Of a stretch of 64,000 nt of DNA, positions 26,955 to 40,929 are shown one piece after another. The DNA is from Octopus vulgaris (taxonomy: Eukaryota): contig OX597816.1 in the NCBI GenBank assembly GCA_951406725.2, forward strand, positions 127,162,001 to 127,226,000, written 5' to 3'. The translations under genes and the position numbers were made by a program. Under the pieces are notes generated by a model. The model made no database searches. It saw nothing but the letters and a program-made list of their open reading frames with translations, and was not told where the DNA came from. Every line of letters starts with the position of its first letter. The stretch's first letter is position 1.

Positions 26955-27198
26955 TCTTGTAGCTGGAAAATAGTAGGAGTTCACTCCCCCTGCTTGCAAC
27001 ATATATTGGCTGCAGATTGCCATTTAAGCGATGTCATTTTTCATATGTGATGTAGTGGTGCTGCAAAATTTGATTTATATGCATTAATTTCCATTATGTC
27101 CTTTATATTGTAACAAAATTTCATGCATTCATTTGTAAAGTTAAGGAAGTTATTAAAATTTGAAACCCATCAGTGTCTTTTGGGACACCCTGTATATT

Positions 27199-27399
27199 GT
27201 TAAAGCTATATCCAGTCATAGAGTGACCAACAGTTTCACATTCACAAAGGGCTTAGCTTTAGGACAGCTTGTAAGACTTTGAAACTGAAGCTAAAAAATT
27301 AGACTAACTAGGCTTTTGAGTCTGATGAGCCATCCATGGGGCTAAGCCCTTTGGGGATGTGAAACCGTTGGTCACTCTATGACCAGGCATAGACTTAAC
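27199..27399. mobile_element. Penelope-like inverted partial duplication
   Basis: 27199-27257 is the reverse complement of 27341-27399. The right arm overlaps a hammerhead motif. Confidence 0.65.
27318..27377 (+). ncRNA. Type I hammerhead ribozyme with canonical core
   Basis: gagt-CTGATGA-gccatcc...ggatgt-GAA-acc(gtt)ggt-C-actc. Stem I gagt/actc, stem II catcc/ggatg, stem III acc/ggt. GUC cleavage triplet ends at 27373. Confidence 0.78.
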
Positions 27400-28369
27400 T
27401 ACACACACACATATATATATATATGAATTCATGAGGTGCCAATAGTGCAGTGAAAATCCATGCAATAATATGTCTATTCATTTTTTTCATATATTCTGGC
27501 AAATTTGAACATGAATATCTGATCCCTGTTGTTTTCCATCTTCAAGGACATGTTCCTTTAGAAGATTTGTGTCCATAGCTCAAGTAATTCACTGACGAAT
27601 CACATATGTGATGAACACACATCTCCTAAAGAGAGATGTTCTCCGCTGATCAATAACAACAGCAATCAGATATTCATATTTGAATCTGCCAGAATTTATT
27701 AAGTCTGAATAGTTAAATTATTGTGTGTGTGTGTGAGAGAGAGAGACTGATCTTCTGTAGTAAACCCATCTACATCTGCATGTGTTGGTTAATGTGTATA
27801 TTTGTGCACAGTAATATTTGCTATACTTGTTAGATATTTCTTTCATTTAAAGTAGTGTATAATCTGTCAGCATATTTATATGGGAATAGTTTTTCAAGGT
27901 GTGGTTTATCCTTATCCACCATACTGTTTTCTTACCATACTTACTTTCCTCTCATATTATTTGAAATATTCCTATCTTATTTTTGCCTTTTTTTCTTGCA
28001 TCTACTGGTTTATTCTTCACTCTTTTATTATCAGCTTCCTTTCTCTTAGTCCACCTCACGTCCTGGACATTTAATCCTCTCGCAGAATATCTCTTTTCAC
28101 CTTTCCACCTATTTACTTCATTATAATAACTCTCTATTTATTTGTCTACAGGCCTAAGGAACAACCATTGTTTCTTTCTATCTTATGTGCAGATGAAGGA
28201 AAATGCTGAAAACTAGAATTTACATTTCTTACAATAAATGACCTTATAAAACTCTCATAAAGTTTTTAGCCTTTTTTGTTTTTATAATATATAATATCTA
28301 TTATGATATTTTTATCTCGTAATGTTAATGTTTAATTATCATTTTTTTCTTTTCTCTTTTCTATTTCAG

Positions 28370-28423
28370 GTAAGTCACTTAATAATTTCCACGGATTAAT
28401 TATTCCAGCAGCAACAGGTATTG
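28370..28423 (+). CDS. 54-nt exon of an unidentified plus-strand gene (phase 1-1: GKSLNNFHGLIIPAATGI)
   Basis: Long polypyrimidine tract + tttcAG acceptor, donor TTG|GTAAGA, frame-preserving length, open reading frame. Confidence 0.5.
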
Positions 28424-28757
28424 GTAAGAGCCATGCAATGTCTTTTAAAAATGCTTCCTATTTTTAGTTGTATACATTTTTAATTACTTATATGAAAAAA
28501 TATATATGAAGAAAAGTAAAGACTATTGCCTTATGGAAGATTTTACTTCCATTGCATTTAATAGAAGAATCCCTGTTAAAGCATTGCTCTAACCCTTAAC
28601 AGTTTTTAGATTGTGCATGTGGTCATTCAAAAGTTGTTTCCCTCTGTTATGGGATTAAAAGAGCTTCTATCATAATTCATTCCATATATAAACCAAGTTT
28701 CATTTGAAATATTTATAGAATATTGAGTGTCAACATGTTCTTGCAATGTGGATATTT

Positions 28758-29385
28758 TTTTGCCAACAAAGCACGTGGAGTTCTGTTCTTGATTAGACAA
28801 TCATTTGGAATGCTCACAGCAGCCATATTCCTACCGATCTATGTCACGCTGGTGAGAACCATATTGGAGTACAGGATTCAAGCCTCTTCTCCTTATCTCC
28901 TCAAAGACATACAGCATCTCGAAAGAGTCCAGAAGCTGGCTACCCGCATGGTTCTTGGTCTCAAGAATTTGTCTTATGAAGAAAGGCTGAAGACGCTCGA
29001 CCTTTATTCTCTAGAAAAACGACGACGCCGTGGTGATCTCATTCTTGCTCACAACATCATAAGCGGAAAGTGTAACCTCTCGAAAGAGCTGTTCTTCACT
29101 CCTGCTCCAGAGCGTCGGCTGCGGGGTCATTCCGAAAAGCTCTATTTGTGACAATTTCATCTCAATCGAAGGAGAGGGGCTTTCTCTGTCCGGGTTGCGG
29201 ATCCATGGAATAAGCTGCCGGACGAGATGGTGAAGATGCCGACGACCACTCAGTTCAAAGTCTCCCTTGACCACAAGTGGCCTGAACTCTTTACATGAAC
29301 ACTACTCTGTACATAACTCCATGTCCCCCTACATGGCCTTGCTTTTTGCTTTTTGAGCCAAAAAATTAACTAACTAACTAACTAA
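28758..29385 (+). mobile_element. CR1 LINE 3' fragment with (TAAC)n tail
   Basis: LVRTILEY...LERVQKLATR...YEERLKTLDLYSLEKRRRRGDLI...RGHSEKL...RVADPWNKLP, then a 3' UTR and taactaactaac. Confidence 0.93.
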
Positions 29386-29529
29386 CATGAAGATCTTTCT
29401 ATTTAAGGTGCTTTGCATCTCAGTCTTGCATTGAAGCCAAAAAATTACTTTACGTAAGGAGTCGCTATTACCATACACTATTATTTGAAGCTTATAACTT
29501 TGGACAAGTTCCTATTAACACTTTAGCAT

Positions 29530-29530
29530 A

Positions 29531-29571
<41 letters not shown>

Positions 29572-30000
29572 CATTATTATTATTTTATTTCGCAGAGCTC
29601 TTGATTTCACCTGCTTTTGCTAATTCTGTAATAGCGAACCTGTTGTCAAGGGTATCATTGGGTCCTCTTTGACAGTACTTAACATTCAATTACCAATCTC
29701 AAAATCCTTATTGTCTCCAATAAAGCAGTTTTTTGAGCATGTTCTTCCCTCATGTTGATCCCAATTTCTCCAACAAATTTCTCAAATCTAGCTGTTAATA
29801 TTCCCAATGCCTCTATAACTAATGAAATAACAGTTACTTCTGTCATTGACTATATTCATGCAATCTCATCTTTTAGTAGCTTGTACTTCACAATCGTTTC
29901 CAGTTCTTAATCATCCATTCATACATCCTCAGGTATAGCAATATCTATGATCTTAGTTTCCTTCATGATTTTATCAACTGCAACAATTTCTGGTCTTCAA
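29530..30000 (-). mobile_element. R4/Dong-like retrotransposon 3' end (RLE domain) with (TAA)n tail
   Basis: Minus strand: RPEIVAVDK...IIDIAIPED...IVKYKLLKDEIA...VISLVIEALG, a restriction-like endonuclease motif. Confidence 0.78.
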
Positions 30001-30183
30001 GCATTATTATTATTATCATTATCATTTTCTTTCAATTCTGTTTCCATTTCTCACCAAGTATCTTCCTGACACCTAGGGCAGAGAAACTCACTGTATACAT
30101 TAGTAGGCTATTAAAATAAACACACCGTGTTGTTCATTATTATTATTATTATTATTATTATTAATAATAATAATGATAATGAT

Positions 30184-30720
30184 GCAGTACCAGGCAGTGG
30201 CTCTCATGGCTTCTGATCTTAACTGATTGGAAATGTTATCATGTACATTGTTTTGTCTTGGTATAAAAGATGGGCTACAGCAAATATTCTGTTCAATACC
30301 ACAGATTTGCTTGTCAGTTGTTTGACCTTAACCAGTTGACCATGTCTCTTAGTGGCTGATGATATGTGCATCTCTGATCACACGCAGAAGTAGTGAGGGA
30401 GCATCATAGCCATGTGCTGAAAGGAATTCTTAGAGCTTTCGATAATTCACCTTTGGAAACATGGGTGGTTCGTTCAACATCCTTAAACAATCCTTATTCA
30501 GGGACCTTTTGAAAATTCTAACTGGGCCCCATCTGCAAGGTCATGCGCAGTTTATATTGATATGAGATCACCATGTCACGCACATATGGTTGTGATGCAT
30601 GTGCCTGGTGTACCCTTATCAAACGGATAATCATGATGGGTATACTGGGCTTTGTATATTTTACCTCAGTGTCACTTTGATGGCATGCAATGCTCTCTCA
30701 CTCAATAATAATAATAATAA
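30184..30720. repeat. Probable interspersed element embedded in a (TAA)n microsatellite
   Basis: GC-richer ~530-bp block bounded by ATT/AAT repeats on both sides. Single copy here, so the family is unassigned. Confidence 0.4.
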
Positions 30721-31889
30721 TTTTCATTCATGAACATCATCATCATTAACTTTTCTTTATGTAAATTTTGTTATCTGGTGTTCTGAAGGAGACTTACTCA
30801 TTGTTATTAGGCTGATAACATTAAATATATTGATTCTACACTTAGAGAAAAAAACTCCAGATGTATAAGGCAATTGATGAGAATATGTAATGCTTGAGAT
30901 TTTCTCATGGGTATTGGTGATTAAGTGAAGTGAGAAAGTTACAACTGAGATTAAAATTTTGCAATGAAGATTTGTCTTACTTGCTGCTTACCTCCTCACT
31001 CCTACAATAATTAATATAAAATTGAAAGTTATAATTTAACTGTAAGAATCTTTATAATATATTAAGAGATAAAGGAGGGAATATTACTTGCAACATAATA
31101 GATTATACAACACTACAAATGTAAGAAAATATAAAAACAAAATTTTTAATAAAAAATGGCAAAAAGAAAACAGTTTTCTTTATCTTGTAAAAGTATCACT
31201 AATATCTTGTTTCTCATGAAATACATGATACTATTTTCAACATTCAGTGAAAATAAATTGGAAATTGTGCCCACACTTGAAAGCAATGGAGAGAGATGTT
31301 ATATGAATGCAAACTGCAAGTGCTGTGTTCTTTATGGTGAAATAAAAACTTGGAATCTTATTGCAGTTAGTTATCATTGTAAAATATTTCTGCCAAGTAA
31401 AATGTGATCTACAACATCAAAAGACTATTACTATTCTTTTTCTAAATAACATTCAGAATTAAAGATAAATTAATCATTCTGAATGCAGATTAAGGACAGT
31501 GATGATTCTTTTACTCTTATTGGTATTAGTCAGTGATTGTGGTCATGCAGGGCATTGATTTCAAAAGTCTTTGTTGATCATATTGAATGCAGTAATTAGG
31601 TCCAATCTGTTGCTTATTTTATTGATCTACATTTATCAAACTGCTTTTGACACAACATACACTTTACACTAACAAACACAAACAAATATTTGACCAGTGA
31701 TATGAGCATACATTTTACACACACGTTTGTGTGTGTGTGTGTTATATACTGAAAGAGAAAACTACAAGAAGAGCATTTGTATTATAGAGCATGTTTTTTT
31801 TTTTCTCTATTGTTAGAAGATCCCAGAATACATAATAAAGAAATTCTGACAGTTTAACTAACAAATTTTGCTCTTTCTCATCTCTCATT

Positions 31890-31967
<78 letters not shown>

Positions 31968-33974
31968 AATATACCTATACATATAAGCATGTGTGTGTAG
32001 TTAAAATATATTTGGTTGATAGCACAATTGACTGTGTATGTGCAATGCATTAAAAGTATAGTAACAAAGAACGAACTGAAATATAAAGTTCCATTTATAA
32101 AATAATACAAATCACCCTGTCTACTTGCCAACATTCATTTAATCTCAGTACTTGTTACATTATCTGACACAGCAAAAATCAGATGAACGCAAATTGTCAT
32201 TACAAATATAGGTTCACCTCCCTGAATAAATTATATGTTTGTGAGGTGCTTATGAAAATTACATGTTACATGAATGCCAGAATATTCACCAGTTTTGCTA
32301 GTAACATTCCAAAGAGAATAGAGTAATTGGGTAGTAATATTTGACAGAGTTACACAAAATAAATTGTGCGAATTTATTGAACACATTAATATTTCTACAT
32401 CCAGGTCTGTTATTTTTGCTGCTCCTTCTGTGCTTAATCAATAAGCATTGTGACTAGCACAATTTTTAAACTCAGAACAAGAATGAAGCAAATCTAGCAT
32501 GATGCATGTATTAAATTCTTTTAGTCACCATTATGTTACCGCTTCAACTGAAATGTAATTGAAAAAATCCAATTATTTCAATTGATTACTGGTTTACTGT
32601 TCATATAAACATTCAAAACCGGTTTTGCAATATTAAAACAAAGCTTTGAAAAAAGGAAATTAGAATATCTTTGATGAAGAAGAGGGTAAAGATATAACTT
32701 TAAAATCACATTTATTCCTTGGTTACTGGTAAGAAACGAATCTTGTTTGACATCTACATTAGCATGCAACTTGTGTAGATAATGGTGTCAGGAAGAATTT
32801 TTTCTTACTGACATTGAAGCAAACTATGATTAGAATAAGTTATACTTTGATCACGCTGTATCTAAACTTGGAGAACAACATTTTGAAAATTAAGTTTAAA
32901 AAATATTTTCTTTTGGAAAATCAATTTTATTTTAACAATTCAACATCATGTATTAGTATTTCAAATATTGAACTTAATTCAAATTCAACCATGAGAGCAT
33001 AATTGAATGTGTGTGTGTGCATGTATATATATATATATACATATATATATATTTCATCATCATCTTTAGTAAACAAATAATGCAAAGCTCAAACATCACT
33101 ACATACATTTCAATAGTATGGTTATTAACAATGCAAAATATGTTACATAACATTACATAATTCTACATTATTTCTTAACCACCCCATTTCATCAGGTGAT
33201 ATTCAGCTTTTTGTTGACAAAATACTGTCAATTCATAAAGGTAGAAATATTTATAAATAGACTGGTGAAAAGCAAGATTTCTAACAAATAAGGGTTTTAT
33301 TAAGGCTTGCAACTAATCAAACATCACATTTTCAAAGGCGACTATGAGCTAGCACATGACACCATTAACTTAGTTACATTTGTTGATAAATAATTATGCT
33401 ACTGAAATGCATGTTGTAGTGTTTTGAATTTATGTGTTTACTTAATGATACACTGCATAATATGTACCAATTATAGCATTGATACATAAATAGATAAATA
33501 GATTTATGGGATGTCTGACACCAGAACACAACTATTTAACTTTGTATAAACTGTTATATTGACCAGTTGAAGGATAAGGAATAGTTATGATTTCTCTCAG
33601 AATAACCTTTTTGTCTGAAATATGTGGAGGTGCTTTTTGGATAATTTTCCAAAATCTGACTGCTTGATTCCCATTGCATTATATATAGGTAGGTAGGTAG
33701 GTAGGTATGTATGTATGTATGTATGTATGTATGTATGTATGCATGCATGCATGCATGCATGTATACTTCTACATTTGTCTCAGTGATGTTCCACTAACTT
33801 ATAAAGTGCACTGAGACGACTTTGTGGAGAAGACAATGTCTCAGTCTTACAAACCTTATTCTTATCCCAGCAAGAGAGAATCGCAAAATGGATTCTACAA
33901 CCTGCAGAAGACCCATGGGTAGATCAAGAATATAATTTATTAATAATATCCATAGACTCAACTGGCATAAGTGT

Positions 33975-34378
33975 TAATTTCGTCCGTCTTTACCTTCAGA
34001 GTTCAAATTCTACCGAGGTCAACTTTGCCTTTCATCATTTTAGGGTTGATAAAGTATGTACCAGCTAAGCACTGGGACTTGATATAATTGTCTTATCCCC
34101 TCCTTTGAACTTGCTGGTCATGTGCCAAAATTTGAAAACAATATTAAGAACCATCAAGGTGGTAAGGTAACAGAATCATTAACGTGCCAGACGAAATGTT
34201 CAGCAGCATTTTGTCCATCTTTATATTCTGAGTCCACATCCTGCTGAGGTCAACTTTGCCTTTCATCCTTTTGGGGGTCGGTAAAATAAGTACTAGTTGA
34301 ACACTGGGGCTGATGAAATTCACTTGCCCCTTTCCCTGAACTTAATGGCCTTATGCCAAAATTTGAGACCAATATTGA
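33975..34378 (+). mobile_element. Two tandem SINEs (family C, Meta-domain-like core)
   Basis: Both contain gaggtcaactttgcctttcatc(a/c)tttt...taaa...agtac, resembling the core shared with Sauria/MetaSINEs, and both end in ccaaaatttga..caatatt. Confidence 0.75.
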
Positions 34379-37104
34379 GAAGCATCAATTTTCAATTTTC
34401 AAAACTGTAAACTTTCTGTTAAACAAATGTAAACAACATTTATAACGTTTGTTAACATGAAACTAAAGAAAATAGTAAGCAAAACGACATTAGTAACATT
34501 AATTAGAAACAAGTTTTACATTAGAAATTGAATTATTTCATGGTAATAAACATCTAGAAAAAAATCCTTATCAATTACTAAAATTGATGCATCATGCTTC
34601 CAATCTAATCTTCAGTTCAAGAGTAGAAAATAAATACTAAAAAAAAACACTAAGAATCATTTAAATAACAGAACTTTATTTCAAATGTAGTATAAAATTT
34701 AGTAAAATAGGTGCTACCTTACCTAATGCAAGGAATCAAAAAAAGTTTTAATTAATTAAAATTATATCCATAATAAGAACTAATTATCATTTTAATAGCT
34801 ACATCTGGTCAAGAAATATAAGGGGAAAACTGTGAGAATTAAGATTAAAACAGATTACAGTAAGAAGTGAGTCTATTTAGTTGTACATTGACCACTATGA
34901 ACGTTTTTGTTGTTTTAGACCATATCAAATCATAGTCTAAAAATTAATGCAGATCTTAAATGATGAGAGAATTATATAGGATTTTTGTGAATTAACACCC
35001 AGTGATGTTATAGATTAAAAGAAAGAGTGAGGAGTAGAAAATAACTAGAGCTGTGTTCTGCATGAGAAACAATTATAGTAATGTGAGCATTACAATGCTT
35101 AATGTAGTAAACCAAGAAATTTAATTTAATAAAATTACATCCATGGTGAAAAGAAGCAACCATACACTTAATGGCTAACTCTGGCCAAGAAACACATAAG
35201 AAACAGCTTATTGAATTTTAATTATTGAGAATTAATTAGAAACATTATGCAGGGGAGAATGAATCTGTTCACTGGGATGACAACTCCAGGCATGTTTTAC
35301 TATTATTAGACATCCTCAGTGAAGACTAATTTTAACATCGTTGGTTTCTTTTCTATTAATTGTCTCCATATTTGTTTAAAGTCTAATCACCAAATTTTAT
35401 TGTATTTCTCTTTCTCTGGGGTAGAGAAAGTACCAGTATTATGCAGTGATCAAATCTTTGCACTCAACGAAGATAATTAAAAAATTATTTGTTTAATATA
35501 TCTGAAGAAACCAAGAAAAATGCTGAAAATAAAATCGAGATTTAAAATTATTTATCTTAGCAAAGTTTTTAAACCATTATGATAAAATGTAATTGAATAC
35601 CCACTGCAAAAAGTGTCAAAGATGCGTCGAATTTTCACATAACTCATATACTTTTAGAACTAGGGTTTACATTTATACTTTTTGCATACTTAGTTTTTCA
35701 TGAAATGAAAAGCAAAAATCTTTAGAGAATAATAACTGTTTTACCAATTTCCTTATGACATGTTATTGATTGTAAAAATATCATTTACAATATTAAGCAC
35801 TTTGAGACACATGCATAGGTAACGATCTGCAAATTCCTGATGGATATAATTTGATATTCAGTATCATGTGTTTCTAAATAGAATGTTACTGCCTATTAAT
35901 TTCCAAGGAAAGCTCACCTATAAGTTATGAGATAAACATCAAAAAATAGTTAAGAATGTTTTACTTCTATTGAGACATTATAAGTTCAATATATCAACAT
36001 ATGAAAGCAGAAGTAAAGATCATTTCAGAGTAACATTTGCAATATTAATGTGTTTATAAAATATCAAAAAACTTTTTCATTTGAGCTCAGTGTGTACTCC
36101 TCCAAAGAAATGTCAGTATCTACAAGTTTGTTTCTGTATTTTAGTTAATTCTGCTAAATAAATGTTAGTAATATTTTTCAGCTAAAAATACAAGTATGAA
36201 AACGAATTAACTAAAATATTCATAAAATCAATGTATTTTTTTAAGAAACAGTACTGCTATATATTCTATGACAAAACCAATGAAAGAAAGAAGAGAAAGC
36301 AATTTATCAATGCTGAAATCTAATGATAAGTAAGAGAGTATCTAGCACTTAAACTACGATTTGTTTGATTGCAGCAGTTCTAAAACTATTAAATGAAGAT
36401 ATTGTCTCATAATGTTACTAGGATTGTTAGTTTTGTTCATCTTAGGGATATTATTTCTCTCACACATGAAGTTAAAAAATACTTCATTAAAATTTTTAGA
36501 AAATTTAAATTTTAAACCAAATAAAGTATATTGCTTTTTCAAAAAGATGTTTAATGTCAAGTTGGCTATAGAATTTTTTTTAAAATAAATATTTTCTGTT
36601 TTCCTATATACACATATGTATTCTTTTATAGGTTTAATTTTTTTAAATATATTAATAGTTTTAATATTTTTTAATATATCTATGATGGAATTCAAGAGAA
36701 TATATTTCATAAATTTTACTTTATTGCAGAATAATTTTAGGAAATATACTATGTAACTAAAAGAATACTACTTTATTTTATTTTCCTGCTGTAGTTTGTG
36801 ATTATTTAATACATTTAACTTCATTATAATAATTTGTAGTATCTCTATGGTTGCAAATATGTCTCCCTAAAGGGGAAACATTAATAAACTGAAAGAGAAG
36901 TAGTGGTTGATATGCACATTTTACTGCTTTATACTGCTGCACAATAAGTTAAGATAATTGACTTTAATTACTTTAGTGTTAACTTATTTTTATATCACAG
37001 TACTGATGGACCATATATGCATTATCAACATTATCATCATTGTTATCATCGCCATCTATCAACTACGACTTACACTTAGATTGGGCATATGCTGCATATC
37101 ATTT

Positions 37105-37342
37105 TCTTATTTCTTTATTGCCCACATGGGGCTAAACATAGAGGGGACAAACAAGGACAGACAAAGGGATTAAGTCAATTACATCGACCCCAGTGAGTAA
37201 CTGGTACTTAATTTATTGACCCCGAAAGGATGAAAGGCAAAGTCACCTTTGGTGGAATTTGAACTCAGAACATAAAGACAGACGAAATAGCGTGAAGCAT
37301 TTCACCCGGCATGCTAACGTTTCTGCCAGCTTGCTGCCTTGC
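37105..37342 (-). mobile_element. SINE family C
   Basis: gaccccgaaaggatgaaaggcaaagtc...ggaatttgaactcagaac, the reverse-complement core and B box. Confidence 0.8.
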
Positions 37343-37379
37343 TGCATATCACATTCTATCATCAGTTTTCTAAGTTCAT

Positions 37380-39040
37380 CAGTAATTATGGTGCAATTGT
37401 CCTCCATCAGTGGCCTTATGATTTTGGAAGAATTCCAATCGTTTATTCTCCTAAGGTTCAGTTTCTGATTAATTACTTGGTTACTGGGCAGCTCAGAAAT
37501 CTCTTTGGTCGACTGTGGAAACTTACCATAGGATTGCTTGTTAGTCAATTTCTGCATCCATTTTATAAAGAAAGTCGTTCGAAGGATTTGAGTGCAGCCT
37601 CATTTAATGGCTAATGAAAGTCCAAGTTTCATACCCATAAAAGAGGTTTGTCTCAAATGTTGCTGTGAATACTCTCTTTTTGACCTTCATATAAATTAGT
37701 ATATTTTCTGCAAAGCATCATAACACAGCGTACTGGCAAAATAGTTTTTGCTGGCAAAAAAAAAAGCATTGATTAGAATGCCTAGCAGAATTTGTTCTGG
37801 GTAACTGTATTCTAAGTTCAAATTCTGCCAAGGTCAACTTTACCTTTCAGCATATCAGTGTCAGGAAATATAATATCAGCCCAGTATTGGGTTAATCTTC
37901 TGTCTGTCTTTCTTGATTGTGCTGGAACTCAAAGCCAGAGAATTTCATTAAGAGTAAATGTATCTGTGGAATACTCAGCTGCTTTATTTTACAATTCTAA
38001 GATAGTAACATTATCACTATTCTTGCAACAAACTAGAACACTGGTCCATTTTAATTATAATACTCATTCTCAAATTTGGATTGCTGACCAAGACTGACAA
38101 CTACCATGTTATCAGTGTGAATGGAAGCCCTTGGCTTCAAGCTGGGGTACAACTAGAATGATTTCCACAAGAAGCAGACAAAAGTTGTTCAAATCTTAGT
38201 TCTTAATTTCCTATGTTGCAATTCAGTACATTCTGCAACTGAATGTGTATCACTGAAATCAATGGAAAATCCACATTAGCACCTTGATGTCCCTCTCTAA
38301 GCCTGATGTTAATTATCCAGAGTACTTTAAGTCAGAAACTCAGTTTAGCAAGGTACCTGTAGTGCATGTTTAGCTACATTGTAGACCATGTCTTAAATGT
38401 TCATAGCATTAGGTGCAACCTGACTTTGTTGTACTCAATTTCTCTTCTTGACAAGAGGTCCTATGTACCTGAGATTTCTTGCAATAGCAATACAATATTG
38501 TGGAAAGTCTGTATCAGTCAGTGTCATCAAAACTATTCTCCTACATTTTCTTGATGTAAAGATAAAGCCTTGTTCCTCTTGGACTCCAGCTACTTGTTGG
38601 AAAATATAGTTCTGAACTATGATCAAGATGAAGTGCACCAACATCTCCTGGCTCACTTTAGTTTTACTGTGCCCTGGGCTCAGTCATTTCATGGCATTGA
38701 TATCATATGGCCTCAATGGCTCCAAAGTTAGGAGCCAGCATTTTGTATGCCTTCAAGATCTTTGTTATTCTATTCCTGTTGAAATGGATCAAATGAATTA
38801 TTGATACTGATAAGCATCAAAACAATGGGGCTTTTTAACTGTACTATTATTCTGCAAAGAACTAAGACTTACACAACTTTTGTCTGCTTCTTGTGGGAAA
38901 TATTTTGGTTGTATCTCAGCTTGAAGCCAAAGGCTTCCCTTCACACTGATACCATGATAGGTGTCAGTCTGGGTCAGCAATGCAGATTTGGGAATGGGTA
39001 TTATATTTGAAAAGGACAACTGTTCTGCTTTGTTGCTGTC
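37380..39040 (-). mobile_element. Old RTE-clade LINE relic, interrupted by a SINE at ~37730-37900
   Basis: Minus-strand fragments TDTYHGIS, VSDLKYSG and KRVFTATFETNLFYGYETWT. Confidence 0.6.
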
Positions 39041-40724
39041 CTCAGAGCTGTGTCAGTATAACTTTTAGCAAGAGTAGTTATAATGTTACTATCTTAAAAT
39101 TATAAAATAAATACTTCTGATACTACAAAATATGAAAACAGATATTTGGATAAATTCAAAATCTATAAAGTTACATTCAAAGATGTCTAGAATTTTTATG
39201 AAGGAAGTTTTTGTAAGTTTTTTTTTAATACTTTTGTAACATTTTGGTAAAAGAGTGGGTATTCAACAATTATGAAACTTTGGCCTAGTTTAATATATTA
39301 TTTCCTGATACAGTTTTGTGAATTTAAAATGCAAATGGAAAGAAGATATTATCACTTCATAAAAATATAACTGAAAGGAAGTTTAGTTCACTATAAATAT
39401 TGAACATCAGTAATTGCAATACTGATTACGGCAATAATAATGATAACATAGGTATTCCAAGTTCAAGATTCCTATTCCATTCAGTAGAAATCTGTTATGC
39501 CATCTTGCAGTTCAGTCTATCTCTGTCTTTGCAAAAATGTGACTCCTCAGCTGCAAGTATAATATATCTATAGGGCTTTGTCTACCGATCTAAGCAAATC
39601 AGTTCTGTTATGCTGACTATGTTAAAAGTTTATTGTCTCAAATTCAGGAAATCTGTTGAATTAGCAAAATAAATCAATAAATAAAAATAAAATGTTTTTC
39701 TTTATAAAGTTCAAGACTAGATTATACTCTTTTTAAAGGGAATTCTAGTTACATGAAGGCTACAAATGATAAGTAGATTTAAAAGAAATTTTGGAGAATA
39801 CACCAAAAACAGAAGGAATTATATCTTCTTTTAAGATAACACTATAATTGACTCCTTGGTCTAATCAACAATGAAGAGTATTCTGGGAAATGTGATTTCA
39901 ACAGTAGTGAATAACTTAATGATGGCTATTAGGATTAATTAACAAAGTAATTTCAAAAATGGTATGTTTTTAGCCACAAAGACAGAAAGTTTCACGAATA
40001 AATTCACTACATGTGTCAGAAATAAACTATTTTCTGGTCTTCATGAGTATATGATTAATTCATTTTTTAATGTTGTTAACAATAACTAAGAACTAGATAA
40101 AGGCAAATAAATTAATATTAAATTACAATGTTCAAATTGTAATTTAACTACCAATACACAAAGTGTAAAGTATGACTTTGGGTTTTTATCAGATCTTTTC
40201 ATTAATTAACAGCATAATTACCATTTAATTAGTTTGCTTTTTGTAGAAGTGGTATTTGATCTTATGCTTTTATATATAATTTTATATTTAAAGCAATTCT
40301 AATCCTAAATTCCTCTTTAGTTATAAAATGCTTCAGACTTGGATAAATGAGAAAACAGCAGTTAATTTTTAATTGTTTATATTGTTTTCAAGTGAATTGT
40401 ACACCTACACGTCTGTTCTTATCCAACAATTATCATATTGATCTAAAGGTGTACAATGCTTAAAAAGAAACTTCATTTTAGCCTGCTTTTATTTCCATAG
40501 TCTGCCAATAAATATATCCTATGGACACATATTGCATAAAAAAACAAATATTTTAAGTTGGTTTTCACATACTTAATAAAGCAAACCAAGAGATTTTAAC
40601 TAATTAAAATTACAGTCATGGAGAGGAGAAATAATACAGTTCTATATTTAAGAGATGAGGAATTATGTACATTATTTATGTTATTTACATCTGACGGATA
40701 TTTGTCCTCATCTTGTTTGTTGTT

Positions 40725-40771
40725 AACACAGCGTTTCGGCTGATATACCCTCCAGCCTTCATCAGGTGTCT
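40725..40771 (-). ncRNA. Minimal PLE-type hammerhead-like motif
   Basis: Minus strand: gacac-CTGATGA-a-ggctg(gagggtatat)cagcc-GAAA-cgct-gtgtt. Confidence 0.6.
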
Positions 40772-40881
40772 TGGGGAAATTTCGAATCTGGGTTCTCATT
40801 CCTAAGGTATTTTTCGATGTTATAATAATAATAACATTGAAAAATACCTTAGGAATGAGAACCCAAGTTCGAAATTTCCCC

Positions 40882-40929
40882 AAGACGCCTGATGAAGGCT
40901 GGAGGGTATATCAGCCGAAATGTTATGTT
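40882..40929 (+). ncRNA. Minimal PLE-type hammerhead-like motif
   Basis: gacgc-CTGATGA-a-ggctg(gagggtatat)cagcc-GAAA-tgtt-atgtt, with probable CpG decay of GAAACGTT. Confidence 0.55.

Noticed and set aside
30992-31001. Possible 10-nt minus-strand microexon (tgtAG|gagtgaggag|GTAAGC)
   Set aside because: Poor polypyrimidine tract, not frame-preserving, and expected by chance.
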